The notes under the pieces are model-generated. The model saw nothing but the letters and a program-made list of their open reading frames with translations, was not told the origin of the DNA and searched no databases. From positions 62,806,001 through 62,870,000 of the forward strand of contig NC_043001.1 in the NCBI RefSeq assembly GCF_006345805.1: a DNA stretch of 64,000 nt, in the 5' to 3' direction. Below, piece after piece: positions 1 through 13,106 of this stretch. The first letter of the stretch is position 1, and each line of letters starts with the position of its first letter. The translations under genes and the position numbers were made by a program. This DNA is from Octopus sinensis. Its lineage: Eukaryota.

Positions 1-29
1 GTAGAAAAGTGTGACTGGTCTATGAGGGG

Positions 30-900
30 GACGTACAATTGGGCTGCCTGTCGAAAGAATTTGTGGAGTAACAAAAATTTATATCTCTCTGAGGAGATAA
101 ATATCTAGATAGCTATTGATTTAAATATTTTGACTGGATGCCTGGTCGCCGAATCCATTCTTTTACATCCCTCCACAAATGTTCAATGTTTTGTGTGTAT
201 ATGTGTGTCAGATGTACAAAGTTTTTAGAATGATTTACCATGTAATGGTGGTAACCCAAACTGCTTATATTTTTGTAGGCAGCCTAAGAATCACTGTAAA
301 TAATTCAGCCTGGTTTGATATGTTTTTGGATCAAAGGAACCAGTGTTGCTTTGTCACGCTTCTTATTAATAAGAGGCACAACAAAATAACACTTACTGGT
401 TCGCTCTATTCCACCAAACAACCAAACTTGGCTCAGAATTCGACCCCCTCCTGTACTTACGACAAACAATCAAAGGCTCATCAATTTTGACTTTGATTGA
501 TTCGCCGCCAATCAGTTCCTGAGATTGAAACCACTTTTCCATAATTTCAGAACAAAACGATCTTCCAGTCCAGACTGGTTGCTGAACCCAATTCCAGGTT
601 TTCCATGACTGTGTAATGCATCCATGAAGCATGCAGAAATTCATTCACAAAGAGAATGAGTTCCCATGGAGGAATGCTTGCATTATGAAGAAAGGACCTA
701 TGAAAGTCCGATATAGAATAACCACACTGACGCCACTTTTTCGATTTGGCAGCAGTGTAACTTTTTCTACATCGCCAGACATATTGGTCCTCTCTGTACA
801 CACATTCATTTCCACATTGAGTACATGCCACAGAATTCCAAAGGAATTCTACAGCTTTTCCGTCTTCCTCAACAAAGTTAAGGATACAAATATATTTGTA
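30..900 (-). pseudogene. Degenerate Merlin/IS1016 (ISXO2-like) transposase
   Basis: Minus-strand fragments: CTQC..WRC zinc region (ORF 547..972), LIGGESIKVKIDE (ORF 393..644), then by manual translation IIYSD..AY..GYHHYMVNHSKNFV..TQNIEHLW; several stops and frameshifts. Confidence 0.8.
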
Positions 901-904
901 TTCG

Positions 905-1340
905 CAAGTTCTTATTTTTATGTTTCTGATCTCTCTCTCTCTCTGTCCTATCTTTCTCTCTCTCTCTCTCAATGTTTTACAGCTTCATACCAGCGTTTTA
1001 AGAAAAAGCAAACTCAAAAATCTTCTGCGCCCTAATTTTTGCATGTGGGGGGGGGGGGTGAGAACGATGAACAATTTGAAATAAATATATCTTAATTGTT
1101 GTGTGAGAAAGTATACATATTCTGATGATGAAGTATCTTTAAAAAACATCCTAAATTTATAGACTATATTGTGTATGTTTAAGACAAAAAAACATTTTAA
1201 AGAAAAATTTCCCATAGTGTTAATTACATGGTTCATTATTAAACATATATATATATATATATATATATATGGCTGAGAATGAGACATTGTCCATCTGTCT
1301 TCTCCCGCCCCACCCACACAAAAATTAGTTTGGGCACGAA
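905..1340 (-). repeat. Merlin upstream-region repeat; related copies at 10860-11220 and 25800-25915
   Basis: Shared strings such as AGATCAGAA(A/G)CA(T/A)AAAA, ACACAAAAATTAGTTTG and ATTTATAGACTATAT recur at these loci. Confidence 0.55.
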
Positions 1341-1480
1341 AGAGTTTTGTTTTTGTTTTTTCGTAAAACACTGGTACAAAGTTCAACTGATCTAGCATAA
1401 AAGTGTGTTTTGTTGAGAATTGATCCATTTTTTTGACTAAGTAAATTTTTACCTGTCTACATACATACATATACACACTA

Positions 1481-1665
1481 TTGGAAAGACTTCCTCCCAA
1501 ATGAATTTATTTTTATTTTTGTTTTTGCCTAAAACCTGTTTTCGGATACGAAAATTCTGGAAAATTGCCAACATTTTGAAATTTTCAAAAATTTCTTTAT
1601 TTTTGACTTTTTTCCCTATCCCTAAAACCCTAAACCTAACCCTCAAACCCTAGCAGATTCATATT
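1481..1665. repeat. Dispersed repeat end with telomere-like motifs; related inverted copy at ~63700-63993
   Basis: TGGAAAGACTTCC..AACCCTAAACCTAACCCT here; TTAGGGTTAGAGTTATGGTTAG..GGAAGTCTTTCCA at the window end. Confidence 0.5.
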
Positions 1666-1765
1666 CTCTGCAGTGGAAAACATGGGGGGAGGGGTCGAAA
1701 AAATAAATAAAAGTGGAGGTTTTGGGGGTACAAAAGGAAATCTTGCCCATGCTATTTATATATAT

Positions 1766-4143
1766 GGAGAGAAGTGTGTTTGCATGGAAGATGGTTCACT
1801 TGCGCTAAATGAGGATGCAAAGAGAGAGGTTTGGAGACGCCACTATGAAAGGTTGCTGAATAAAGAAAATGAATGAGATAAAGAGAGTCTGCCGAATGTT
1901 GACCCAACATTTATCTGAGTTGACAGTTCCTTGGTAGTTAAGGCAATTAGAAGCATGAAGACAGGGAAAGCCCCAGGCCCATCAGGAATCACTGCAGAGA
2001 TGCTCAAAATATCTGGTAGTGTCGGCTATAGCATAGTCACCCGTATAGTTAATCAGGTGATACACGAAGGTGTCATACCCAATGACTGGTGTAGCAGCAT
2101 AATAGTCAACTGCTACAAAGGTAAAGGTGACGCCCTAGATACAAATAATTAGAGGTATCAAGCTGTTGGATCAGGTAATGAAGGTTACGGAGAGGGTCAT
2201 AGCCCAACTAATTAGAGAGAGAGTTAGTTTAGATGAGATGCAGTTTGGGTTCGTGCCAGGGAAAAGTACCACTGATGCTATATTCCTGGTAAGGCAGCTG
2301 CAGGAGAAATACCTAGCCAAAGATAGGCCCCTGTACCTGGCTTTTGTAGACAAGGAGAAAGCCTTCGACAGGGTCCCCCGATCCCTTATCTGGTGGTCAA
2401 TGAGAAAACTAGGGATAGATGAATGGTTAGTGAGAGCTGTGTGAGCCATGTACAGGGACGCTGCTAGTAAGGTGAGGGTTGGCAACAAGTACAGTGAAGA
2501 ATTCCGGGTAGAGGTAGGGGTCCACCAAGGCTCAGTCCTCAGCCCCCTCCTATTTATCATAGTCCTCCAGGCAATAACGGAGGAATTCAAGACAGGATGC
2601 CCTTGGGAGCTCCTCTATGCTGATGACCTTGCTCTAATTGCTGAGTCACTATCAGAACCGGAGAAGTTTCAGGTGTGGAAGCAAGGATTAGAATCAAAGG
2701 GCCTTAGAGTCAATCTAGCTATAACCAAAGTCCTAATAAGTAGGAAGGTAGACAAATCACAAACGCCTTCAGGTAGATGGCCCTGCTCAATCTGTAGAAA
2801 AGGTGTAGGTAGAAACTCTATAAGATGCACCAAGTGTAAGCTATGGACACATAAGAGGTGCAGCAATGTCAAAGGAAGGCTAACTAGGAAGATAGTTTTT
2901 GTATGTGGCAGATGCTCAGGAACAATAAACACTGAAAATGCTCTGAGACCAACTTCTGTTACTTTCCAGGGAGAAAAACTAGAAATAGTTGATAGCTTCC
3001 GTTACCTAGGTGACCAAGTCAGCAGCGGGGGCGGGTGTGCTGAAAGTGTAACTGCTAGAGTAAGAATAGCTTGGGCAAAGTTCAGAGAGCTCTTACCTCT
3101 GCTGGTGACAAAAGGCCTCTCGCTAAGAGTAAAAGGCAGACTGTATGACGCATGTGTACGAACAGCCATGCTACATGGCAGTGAAACATGGGCTGTGACT
3201 GCTGAGGATATGCGTAAGCTCGCAAGAAATGAAGCCAGTATGCTCCGATGGATGTGTAATGTCAGTGTTCATACTCAACAGAGTGTAAGTACCTTGAGAG
3301 AAAAGCTGGACCTAAGAAGCATCAGATGTGGTGTGCAAGAGAGACGTTTGCGCTGGTATGGACATGTGGCGAGAATGGATGAAGATAGTTGTGTGAAAAA
3401 GTGCCACACCCTAGTGGTTGAGGGAACCTGTGGAAGAGGCAGACCCAGGAAAACTTGGGACAAGGTGGTGAAGCACGACCTTCGAACTTTAGGTCTCACT
3501 AAGGAAATGACTAGAGACCGAGACCTCTGGAAGTATGCTGTGCGTGAGAAGACCTGGCAGGACAAGTGAGACCATAACCCGTGGCCTTCTACACGGGATG
3601 TAGCCAGTCGACTTATGCATACCTTCCCTTCTTGGGACACAAAACTCTACTTGTGAAGACCTGTTGAGGCAAGTGAGAATCAGAATCGAAATCGATCAAT
3701 GGAAATTGCAGATGTGTTACCAGTGCCGGTGGCATGTAAGAGAACCATCCGTTCATTACCGTTGCCAGCTCCGCCCCGACTAGCCTCGTGCCGGTGGCAC
3801 GTAAAAAGCACCATCCGTTCGTGGTCATTGCCAGCGCCACCCAGACTGGCCTCGTGCCAGTGGCACGTAAAAAGCACCATCCGTTCATGGCCGTTGCCAG
3901 CCATGCCTGGCACATAAAAAGCACCATCTGATCGTGGCCATTTGCCAGACTCGTCTGGCACCTGTGCCAGTGGCACGTAAAAAGCACCCACTACACTCAT
4001 GGAGTGGTTGGCGTTAGGAAGGGCATCCAGCCATAGAAACATTGCCAGATCAAACTGGGCCTGGTGCAGCCTTCTGGCTTCCCAGACCCCAGTTGAACCG
4101 TCCAACCCATGCTAGCATGGAAAGCGGACACTAAACGATGATG

Positions 4144-4149
<6 letters not shown>
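1766..4149 (+). mobile_element. 5'-truncated RTE-clade LINE with in-frame stops, repeat-containing 3' UTR and (GAT)n tail
   Basis: RT motifs KAPGPSG, QFGFVPGKSTTDAIF, QGSVLSPLLF, LLYADD, FRYLG (ORFs 1931-3569); tail ACGATGATGATGATG followed by (TA)n. Confidence 0.95.
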
Positions 4150-4180
<31 letters not shown>

Positions 4181-4185
<5 letters not shown>

Positions 4186-5189
4186 CGCCGCATGCAGGCC
4201 TACGATGCCACCACGGGTCCTCACACAATCAGCCTGCAGTTGCTGGCCCTGAGAAGCTCACATGCGACATCGCTCAGTAAATCAGAAACCCACTCTGGAC
4301 GGTGAAGCAGCGAAACGTAGCCAGTAGAGCCAACAACAACAAAAATAACACACACAAACATTGCGTAGTCAAAGTAATTTTTTTTTAACAAAACATTCAA
4401 CAACAGTTCTTTGGAAAGTTTTTTTTTCTTTCCTTAGTTCCTTAAAAAAACACATTTAACAACACAAAGTTCTTTTTTTCTTTATCTTTTAAACACAAAG
4501 TTCATTTCCCAAAACATTTAACAGTCCTTTTTCTTCTTTCTTTTCTTTTTTCTTTTCCTTTCTTTTAAAAGCAGTCAACAACTCAGTTCTTTCTTTTTAA
4601 ATAAACACAATTAACAAAGTTCTTTTTTTTCTTCTTTTCTTTTCAAACAGTTAACGTCACAAAGTTTTTCTCTTTCATTTTTTTTTAGAACATTTAACAC
4701 CACAAAGATTTTCTCTTTTTTTCTTGAAACATTTAACAACACAAAGTTTTCTCTTTTTTAAAAAAAAACATTTAACATCCAAGTTCGTTTCCTTTAAAAC
4801 ACAAAGAAAAACATTTACCGGCAACATTTTACGTCTGCAACTTCGGTAGGCACAGTATCCCACTACATCACCTGCCAATCGTTCAGTTGGCTGTCTCTCG
4901 CTCCATGTATCTCTCTCTGCCCCTGTCTGTCTCTGTCAGACCACATCTGCCCCTTGTCCGGTCACTCTCTCTGATTGCCTCCTCGCAACTTAGCACTACC
5001 TGTATATATGAGGCTGTCCAGCCAGAAAGAGAGGCATAGCGTCCATAGCAGTGCGTGTTTCCCTTCCCAAAACTTCAACTTTCAACTCTCTGTGACTGTA
5101 GAGGGCCAGAGGTCAAGTGCCTACGGCCATAAAGAACCATGCTCCTTGACAGGACAAAGGAAATACCACTGACCTGAACGACTACAACA
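4181..5189. mobile_element. Probable solo LTR (~1 kb)
   Basis: Termini TGTTG...CAACA; non-coding; internal imperfect repeats CATTTAACAACACAAAGTT(C)TTTT at 4380-4810; no TSD recognisable. Confidence 0.4.
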
Positions 5190-5286
5190 CCATTTCGATC
5201 CCAGCTAATGGAAATAGGGACATAATGTTTTTTTGTTCATCTTCATTTTTCTCTGTGTTCGTATCTATATATATATATATATATAT

Positions 5287-5672
5287 TACCAGCAGTATTG
5301 CCCAGCGTTGCTCGGGTTTGTTTCGACCCTTTAGAATTGGAATTTTTGAAAAGTTAAACTTTTGCATTATGTAGCTGGTTATTCTCTTTAAGTAAACATT
5401 TTTCTGGTTGAAATACACCGAAAAATGGCAACACAGCAGTAAAAAAATCGTAAAAAATAGGGATTTTCATAGAAAAAAAGCACCTTTGTGATGTAAATAA
5501 TTTTTGGTGTTAACATGGTCCGATTTGTATTTTTTCTTCTACGGAAGAAAGAACAAGTCTTCTATCATACTCTCAATTTTGGTCAACTTGCGCTGCAGGG
5601 TCTCGGAGGAGATAGTGTTAGTTGAAAGCTACCAAACCTGCCATACAGACAATTTCAGCTTTATATATATAT
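5287..5672 (-). mobile_element. Non-autonomous Helitron-type element
   Basis: Left end (TA)CCAGCAGTATTGCCCAGCGTTGCTCGGG resembles the CTAG plus hairpin 3' end of the other Helitrons here; right end ACAGACAATTTCAGCTTTATATATA resembles their 5' end; flanked by (TA)n. Confidence 0.6.
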
Positions 5673-5719
5673 ATAATATATACACCAAATATACACAAAA
5701 TATATATGTAAATATATAT

Positions 5720-8700
5720 CTTGTCTTGAGACAGCATTCACCCGTGGTGGGTTGAGCTGGCTTCTCAACTCCCTCCAAATGGCCAGCCGGCTTGACCCGC
5801 AGTTGACCATGGAGAGATACATTCCCTGATGGTAGAGCATCACAACCACAGCTAGCCTCTTCCAGTTGTGCTCCACCGATAGGTTTCCTTGCTCATGCCC
5901 ACACAGACCAGGGTCAATGGACTGACACCTGTCGCAGCTCCGGACCACTTTCCGGATGCTTCTCCTAGTAACGTCAGCATCAATCTTCTTCCGCGAGATA
6001 CAGGGTTCTGTCCACACCCAAGTGATGCGTAGCATGCAGTCTCTTCAGTTCGGAGTCATCCAACTGACATGCCACAGCTACCCCTTTCCATGCCTCCTCT
6101 GGCTCTTCCAACCATGCTCTTTTCACCCTGGTCAGTGCATCTGCCCCGTTTCTCTCCGAAGGCACAAAAACCATGTTCAGCTTCAGTCCGAACTTGGCAC
6201 TCCTAGATAGCGCTTCACCAACATCTCTGCAGCACCTTTCATCCGAACACTCCTCTCACCGGTGATCACTGATCCTACCCAGCCAAGCAAAGTGGTCAAA
6301 TCCGTCTGAATTTCGATTGAGCGCAGCCCCCATTTCAGGGCCAAGTTCACCTCCTTCAGCACCACGCCTAATTCGGCGACATTGATGTGGTTAAAGTTAT
6401 CTGCTTTCCGAAGCCAGGCCACATCCTCCACCTCAGCGCCTTCAATCTCCAACACAACCACTATCGCTATACTGCTAGCATCACACCAGACGGTCCCACA
6501 TTCCATCTTGGGCACATACCAGTACCCCCTGACCAGGTCTTCCGCTCTTGTCCTCTCTAGGATTTCCTGCATCATCGCCACTGTCCCTTCTCCCACCTTG
6601 TCGCCCCCAACCATTCCCCTCCTCTCGTCTTTTGGTGTAACTGCACACTGTGCGCAACCATCCAGCAATCGGGTAGTGACCAACCAACTTTCCACACACC
6701 GAGAACAGCTCTCTCCTGCTGATGCTGGAACTCAGCTCTGGGATTTCATTTCCTCTCCGGAACACCAACTCACCCGATCTATCTCTTTGCAGCTTCAGCC
6801 CCAGCGCAGCTCCCCATTCCATTGACTCCGGTGGCTTTGCAATCAGTCCAAACTTCTCCAGATGTCTCACTACCTCGTTGGCTGGCACTACAGTTTCATC
6901 TACCAAAATGTTGTTTATGTAGGAACTGGAGGCCTTTCTAATCTTGTCCTCTTTCCCTAGGATAGACTTAAGCACTGCCGCCATGATCTTTGGAGCGGAA
7001 TTCAGTTCGAAACCCAGCCTGGTTAAACAGTACATCCGGCTCTTGTACTGCACCAGCTGATATCACCACAGTCTGTCACTCACATGGAGCTGACAGTATG
7101 TCAATTTCAAGTCGACAATCGTCGCTGCCTTGGTCGACTGTTTCCACACACATAATGTCTCACCTCCTGTGTGGCATGATATATGCTCGTTTAGCTCCCT
7201 AAAGTCCAGCACTGGTCTGACTTTTCCCTTCGTCGGTTGCACCACCGCCATCAGAAGCAGCACTCCACCCACGGGACAAGGATACCTTCCTTGATCCACC
7301 ACTCTACCTCGTTTTCAAACTCGACCCTGGCATGACCTTTCAGGGTATGCTGGTAGCAGCTCACCTTGTTTTTCAGCATCAGGGGCTCGTCCTTCCATCG
7401 CCACTCTATCATCCACCGCCTGAAAATCTGTCCTCAATGGTGTAAGCGGCACAGTCCCTCGCGGGGCCCTGCTCTCTCTGGCAATCCTGACTCACAGCGC
7501 ACGATGCCCCCACACTTCCAAACGTGACCTCATCTCCTACAATACTGACGCCACCGATGCAGTTGAAGGCATCCCTCCCCATTACAACACCAACCCCGTC
7601 TATCACGCGTTCAACCACAATTACTTGCAGCCTTAGCATCGCGCCTCGCACAACTATCTCTACCTTGCTGCTGCCTTTGCAACAGTCAACCACCCGGACG
7701 CTACTTGTTCCATTCCATTTCTTTGTCACCCTTAAAGTCACGAGGGTGGTCATGCAACCCGTCTCCACGGGGGCCTTAAACGTCTTCTCCTCGGCCTCGA
7801 CATCGATTAAGGGCAGCGTCTCCAAAAGCGCCTCTACTCGTTTGCGGGGTAAGACCGAGAGGCAGCAACTTCCCCACGGTCGTTTCCCTGGTCACAATCA
7901 CGGACGATGTGCCCTGTCTGCCTGCATCGATAGCAGACGGGCCCCGGTTGCATACACTCCCTTGCCATGTACAACCCCGGCCTGAGAACGGCCGCTGTCG
8001 TTGCACGGTAGGCTTCTTCACGTCTTTCTCCGGCCGTCGGCCGTTTTTATGCACCTCCATTACCGCTATCGCCTTCCATCCAGTGTTTCGCAACAACATG
8101 CGGGCTTGAGTCTCAAGTTCGCTCAGCGCCATCTTTTTGCTCTCTCGAGCAATTGTTACAGTCGAATCCCTACATCGTCAGGGAACCCACTTACAAACGC
8201 CAGTCGTGCTGCTCTATCCAGTAAACCCAGCCAGCATGGCTACCCATCGCACCTCCATCGCGTATTCATCCACCTGTTCTCCCGTCCATCTAATCATGCC
8301 CAGCTTAACAAAGGCTGTGTACTCACACTCAGTGTAAGCATCTCTCAGACATTGCTCAATCTTCTCCTTCCAAAGTGCCACATCACTAATGCCTTGCAGT
8401 CTCGCCACAAGCCTGATTTTACGCATCCAGGCCACTACATCACCCTCACCATTAAAGGGCCTGATAAAGTCGCTGGCGATCCTGATCTTAGCTGCCATTG
8501 TGGTGATGTCTTATATGGAGTGCCGACGCAGACCTCTCAGGCAGTAACGCACCCTTCCACTTGGCCTGACCCGAACGCTAAAAGTAGCAGCTGCTTTTAC
8601 CTTACCTCGACAAAGTGATCACAAGTCCAGCTCTGTCTGCTACCTTGATCAAAAAGGCCCAATGCTCCCCTGCCTGCATGCGCATCACTCCTGCCCCTTC

Positions 8701-8740
8701 CTCTTCTGGTCAGCTCCCCAGAGACTGACGTCATCCCACA
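5720..8740 (-). mobile_element. Degenerate Gypsy-type LTR retrotransposon (5' LTR, gag, protease, RT, RNase H, integrase N-terminus; 3' truncated)
   Basis: ORFs 8214..8498 (gag), 7409..7825 (VETGC, decayed DTG), 7063..7302 (KVRPVLDFRELN), 6481..7053 (LGFELNSAP, YINN for YxDD), 6183..6695 (WCDAS, HINVAEL), 5661-6174 (H..H..C..C integrase zinc finger, WKRLA). Confidence 0.9.
8499..8740 (-). repeat. 5' LTR of the Gypsy element (242 bp)
   Basis: On the minus strand it starts TGTGGGATGAC and ends CATCACCACA (TGTGG/CCACA inverted ends), directly followed by ATGGCAGC. Confidence 0.7.
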
Positions 8741-10010
8741 CCAAAATAAGGGATTTTGCAGTATATTAGGAGGTCAGGGTACTTGATTACACGCAAAAAA
8801 TCCGGGCTTTTTTTTTTCGGTAAAAATCGTACGTGTGTTAATCTGAAAATTTACCCCGTTTCAAAGGTATGTAAAATTTCATTGAAAAAAAACTATTTTC
8901 CTTAAAGTTATGAGGGAAAAACTCGGATTTTGTGAATTTTCCGAAGTCCTCTCCCCACGCCCTTGGGAAAGATTTCCCCCACAAATTTCTTTATAATCGT
9001 AATCTATGCCGTTTGAAAGGTATTTATATAAAATTTCATTGAAAAAAAACCCATTTTCCTAAAAGTTATAAAGGAAAAGCTCGGATCTTGTGAATTTTCC
9101 GAAGTCCTCTTCCCACCCTCCCGTTGCTTTGCGCGCATTTTCTTTTTTCTATATTTGTTTCCTGCACATTGTTTTACACCCATTCCAGTATATTTTTTTT
9201 TCATTTTCATTTCCGGGTCAAGATATAAAAATGGTCATAAAAACAACAAAAAAATAGTGTAATAGGTGTAAAACAACTTCCTCTAAACGAATATGACAAA
9301 AAAATGCGCGCTTGCGAAAGGGGGGAAGGGGGAGGCCTCGAAAAATTCACATCGTGAATTTCCTAAAGCGTCTGAGGGTCTGACCCGGGCACAAAACCAA
9401 AAAATAGTGTAATATGTGTAAAACAACTTGCTCTAAACGAATATGACAAAGAAATGCGCTCTCGCGAAATGGGGAGGGGGGACAGGACTCGGAAAATTCA
9501 CATCTTCAGTCCATGGCCCTTAAACTATAGTGTTTGACCCGGGCCGGAAAAAAATTTTAAAATAGTGTAATTGGTGTAAAACTACTTGCTCGAAACGATT
9601 ATCAAGAACATACACACACACACACAAAGAGAAATGGTTGGTTCAAGGCAAGTGTGCATTGAATTGAATTTAAATAAGCAAGAAAGATATTAAAGAACAG
9701 GCCGGTAAAATTACAGATTAACACCCGCACGATTTTCACTAAGAAAAAAAAAAAAAACTCGGATTTTTTGCGTGGGATCAAGTACCCTGACCTCCTAATA
9801 TGCTGCAAATCCCATATTTTGGTCCGGAAGGGGGGGGGGGGGGTTTACCCCCACCCCCCGGAATTTTCAAAAGGAAAAAAAAAATCAGATTTTTTGCGTG
9901 GAATCAAGTAACTTGACCTCCTAATATGCTGCAAATCCCATATTTTGGTCCGGAATTGCTCCGGAAAGGGGGGGTAACCCCCTCCCCCGGAATTTTCACA
10001 AGGAAAAAAA
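8741..10010. repeat. Modular repeat element built of ~125-165-bp tandem subunits; related inverted modules at 15120-15710 and 17600-17770
   Basis: Module GGGATTTGCAGCATATTAGGAGGTCAGGGTACTTGAT at 8750, inverted at 9780 and 9905, and again at 15185, 15320 and 26610; module AATAGTGTAAT.GGTGTAAAACAACTT x3 at 9250-9600; module AAAGGTAT..AAAATTTCATTG x2 at 8860-9110. Confidence 0.7.
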
Positions 10011-10453
10011 AATAATATATCAATAATTTAGAAAAGAAACATTTCTAGAAAATAGTAAATTGAAGTGTGAACAAATTATTGGGCAAAATTGAAGTGTGAA
10101 CAAATCATTGGGCAAAAGAAGATTTGGCATACTGTCATGCTTTTTTAGCTGTCAGAAGTGAAAGTCGTCAACTTCGTGTATTTGCGTCCGGTTCGCTGTT
10201 AGGCTTATAAAACAATTGAAGTTCAGTTTAAAGTCTATAAATAAATACATTTCATTCCATGTTCTGTTTAAACTTTATAAATAAATATATTCTTGCAGTG
10301 TGTGTATATGTGGCTATATGTCTGACTAATGTGTGTGTCTGTATTTATTGTATGTGTGTATAAGTAGTTATATGCTTATATTATCCATTATAGTAATATT
10401 TGTCTGTTGAAACCTGTTTTAAGGCGGTCAATAGTTTAATTAAAGATGTATCT

Positions 10454-10511
<58 letters not shown>

Positions 10512-11801
10512 GTATATATATATATAAATATATATATATACATGTATAGACACATCTTTAATTAAACTATTGACCGCCTTAAAACGGGTTTCAACAGACA
10601 AATATTACTATAATGGATAATGTAATGGATAAAATTCAGACAAACTGCTACTTACCTCTTGCTGTCAAAAAGATGGATTGATTCTCAGCAAAACATACTG
10701 TTATGCTAAACCAGGGTTCCGCAAGAAGTTGCAAAACTGCTAAAATCGGCAATAATTTTTAATTCTCCTGTGCAGATATGTGTGCATAAGACTATTAAAT
10801 TATTGTACAGGGGTTCCTCGAGCCAGTGGAATGTTTGAATTACGCTCTGTGATAGTGTCAGGTTCTAATTTTTGCTTCTGATCTCTCTCTCTCTGCCCCC
10901 CCCTCTCTATCTCAAACTAATTTTTGTGTAGGTGGAGGTGTGGTGGGGAGACAGATGAACGATGTCTCATGAACCATTTCTTAAACATACATGATATAGT
11001 CTATAAATTTGGGATGTTTTTGAAAGATAATATATTTTATCATCAGAATATATATACTTTCTCACACTACAATTAAGATATATTTATTTTAAATCGTTCA
11101 TCTTTTCCCGCCCACAACAAAAATTGGCGCCAAAATTTTTCTAAATATCAGCAGAATGAACAACTGAGATAGAGAGGGGGGGGCAAAGAGAGATCAGAAG
11201 CAAAAATTAGAACCTGACACGGCACTGTCATGCCTTTGGGTGTCAAAAGTGAAAGTAGAGAAATCTGACGTCAGACGTCAACTTCGTGTATTTACGTCGT
11301 CTTTCGTTTATTTACGCCGTTTATTTACGTACCACTGAAATGCAAGTAAAAGCTTGTATGTATGTATGTATATATATATACATACATACACACATATATA
11401 TAATATACATGTATATATACATATATATATATATTTAATACATACATATATATAATATATACATGTATTTTTAATCGGTCTTTTTTCTTAACCACTATAC
11501 ATTATATACATACACACAGATAGATAGATAGATACACACACACACATATAATAGATATAAAATGTGTACGTGTGTACATTTTTCAGAAAAAAATTCATAC
11601 ATTTTAAATATCAATAGCATTTCTCTTATTTTTTACATGAAGTTTTCGAAAAATGAATTTAGAATGTAAAAATCAAATATATCAAATTAATAAACGCAAA
11701 TTATTTTCAAATATCATTTTCAACGGTGAGATTATCAAAATATAAACTTGAAGTTAAGTTTAAAAATAAATGCGATACTCATTCTGTCTTGATACTTATG
11801 C

Positions 11802-12708
11802 TCAAATACATGGATATAGCTGTCGAATTTGTTCTATCAACTTCCCGAATATATCATCCTTAAATTCATAGCGCCACATGAATTCGATGAGATGGGTCTG
11901 AAGTAAATTTCTGGCTGTTCCACATTCTCTCCTATTTCGAGTCTTTACGTGTTTCCATAAACATTCTATGTGGTTGGTTGTGGCAAATGTTACCGGATCA
12001 ACAAAATTTATAGAATGATTCACGGTCAAATGTCTGTATCCTAGCTGACTGAGTGTATTATACGAACGCCAAAGGTCGGATATTATTGTTGTACCAGGCA
12101 ATATACGCTCGCGTATAATCTGTAATAGAGTGTCCGCTGTTCGATTTTCAACTGCCACTAAAATACATCTTCTACTATCTCTTTCTAATGCACCAAACAC
12201 CCATTGCGTTTTAACCCGATGGCCAACATGATATTTTCTCTTAACAAACGCAGTTTCATCTATTTCAACGATTCTATTGGGTCCTCCCAGTTTAATATTC
12301 TGTGCAACATAATATTCTGCACATACATCGCGGCAAAAATTCCTCCAATCGGTTACCGCTACATTTGCTAAATGACATTCCTGTCCTATTCCTTTTGCTA
12401 AATCTTCTTTGGCCCAGTAAAACAAAATATCTATGATCTGTTGACACTTCAATTTGCTATTTTCTAAAAATGTTCCTTTTCTAATTGACACGGATTTTCT
12501 ACAAGGTCTTCCACACGACCATATTATTTCATCAGATATATTTTTTTTTCGTTACTTCTCTCATGGGAGCTCCACACGATGTACATATTTTCTGGGTATT
12601 CAAAAGGCCATGTCTCTTAAGCCAATTAATGCTATCTGCTGTTGTAGCAGTGGAGACGGCAATATCGCGGTGACTAATTCCTCTTAAACTTGGATATGCA
12701 AAAGCCAT
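11802..12708 (-). CDS. Merlin/ISXO2-like DDE transposase, left-arm copy (one frameshift at a 9-A run near 12545)
   Basis: ATG at 12708; ORF 11802..12491 carries GGPNRIVEIDE, IISDLWRSY, HLTVNHS, TTNHIECLW. Confidence 0.88.
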
Positions 12709-13106
12709 ATTAAAAATTGTTTAGCACGTGTTGATATCACACTGAAAGTTTCTAACTGAATAAATTTCAAAGTTTGAATTACGCACGTGGTGGTCAGTGG
12801 TCATTCTGATTGGTGTATGTAATCGCGGTGATGGTCATGGGGGTTCATTTGTGCAGATTTTGGTGTGATTTCTTTTTTAAAAACAATAATGAATAATGCA
12901 AGAATAATATATTCTTGCATTATTCATTATTGTTTTTAAAAAAGAAATCACACCAAATCTGCACAAATGAACCCCCATGACCATCACCGCGATTACATAC
13001 ACCAATCAGAATGACCACTGACCACCACGTGCGTAATTCAAACTTTGAAATTTATTCAGTTAGAAACTTTCAGTGTGATATCAACACGTGCTAAACAATT
13101 TTTAAT

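Noticed and set aside
2171-2932. Antisense ORFs over RTE, Gypsy, Helitron and mariner coding regions throughout the window
   Set aside because: They are shadow frames of real transposon ORFs and recur identically with each copy.
9693-9712. GGTAA at 9704 as a true terminus with a 6/8-matching TSD (AACAGGCC vs AAAAAGCC)
   Set aside because: The same module appears internally at 8741-8860 and homology continues beyond it, so it is not a demonstrable element end.
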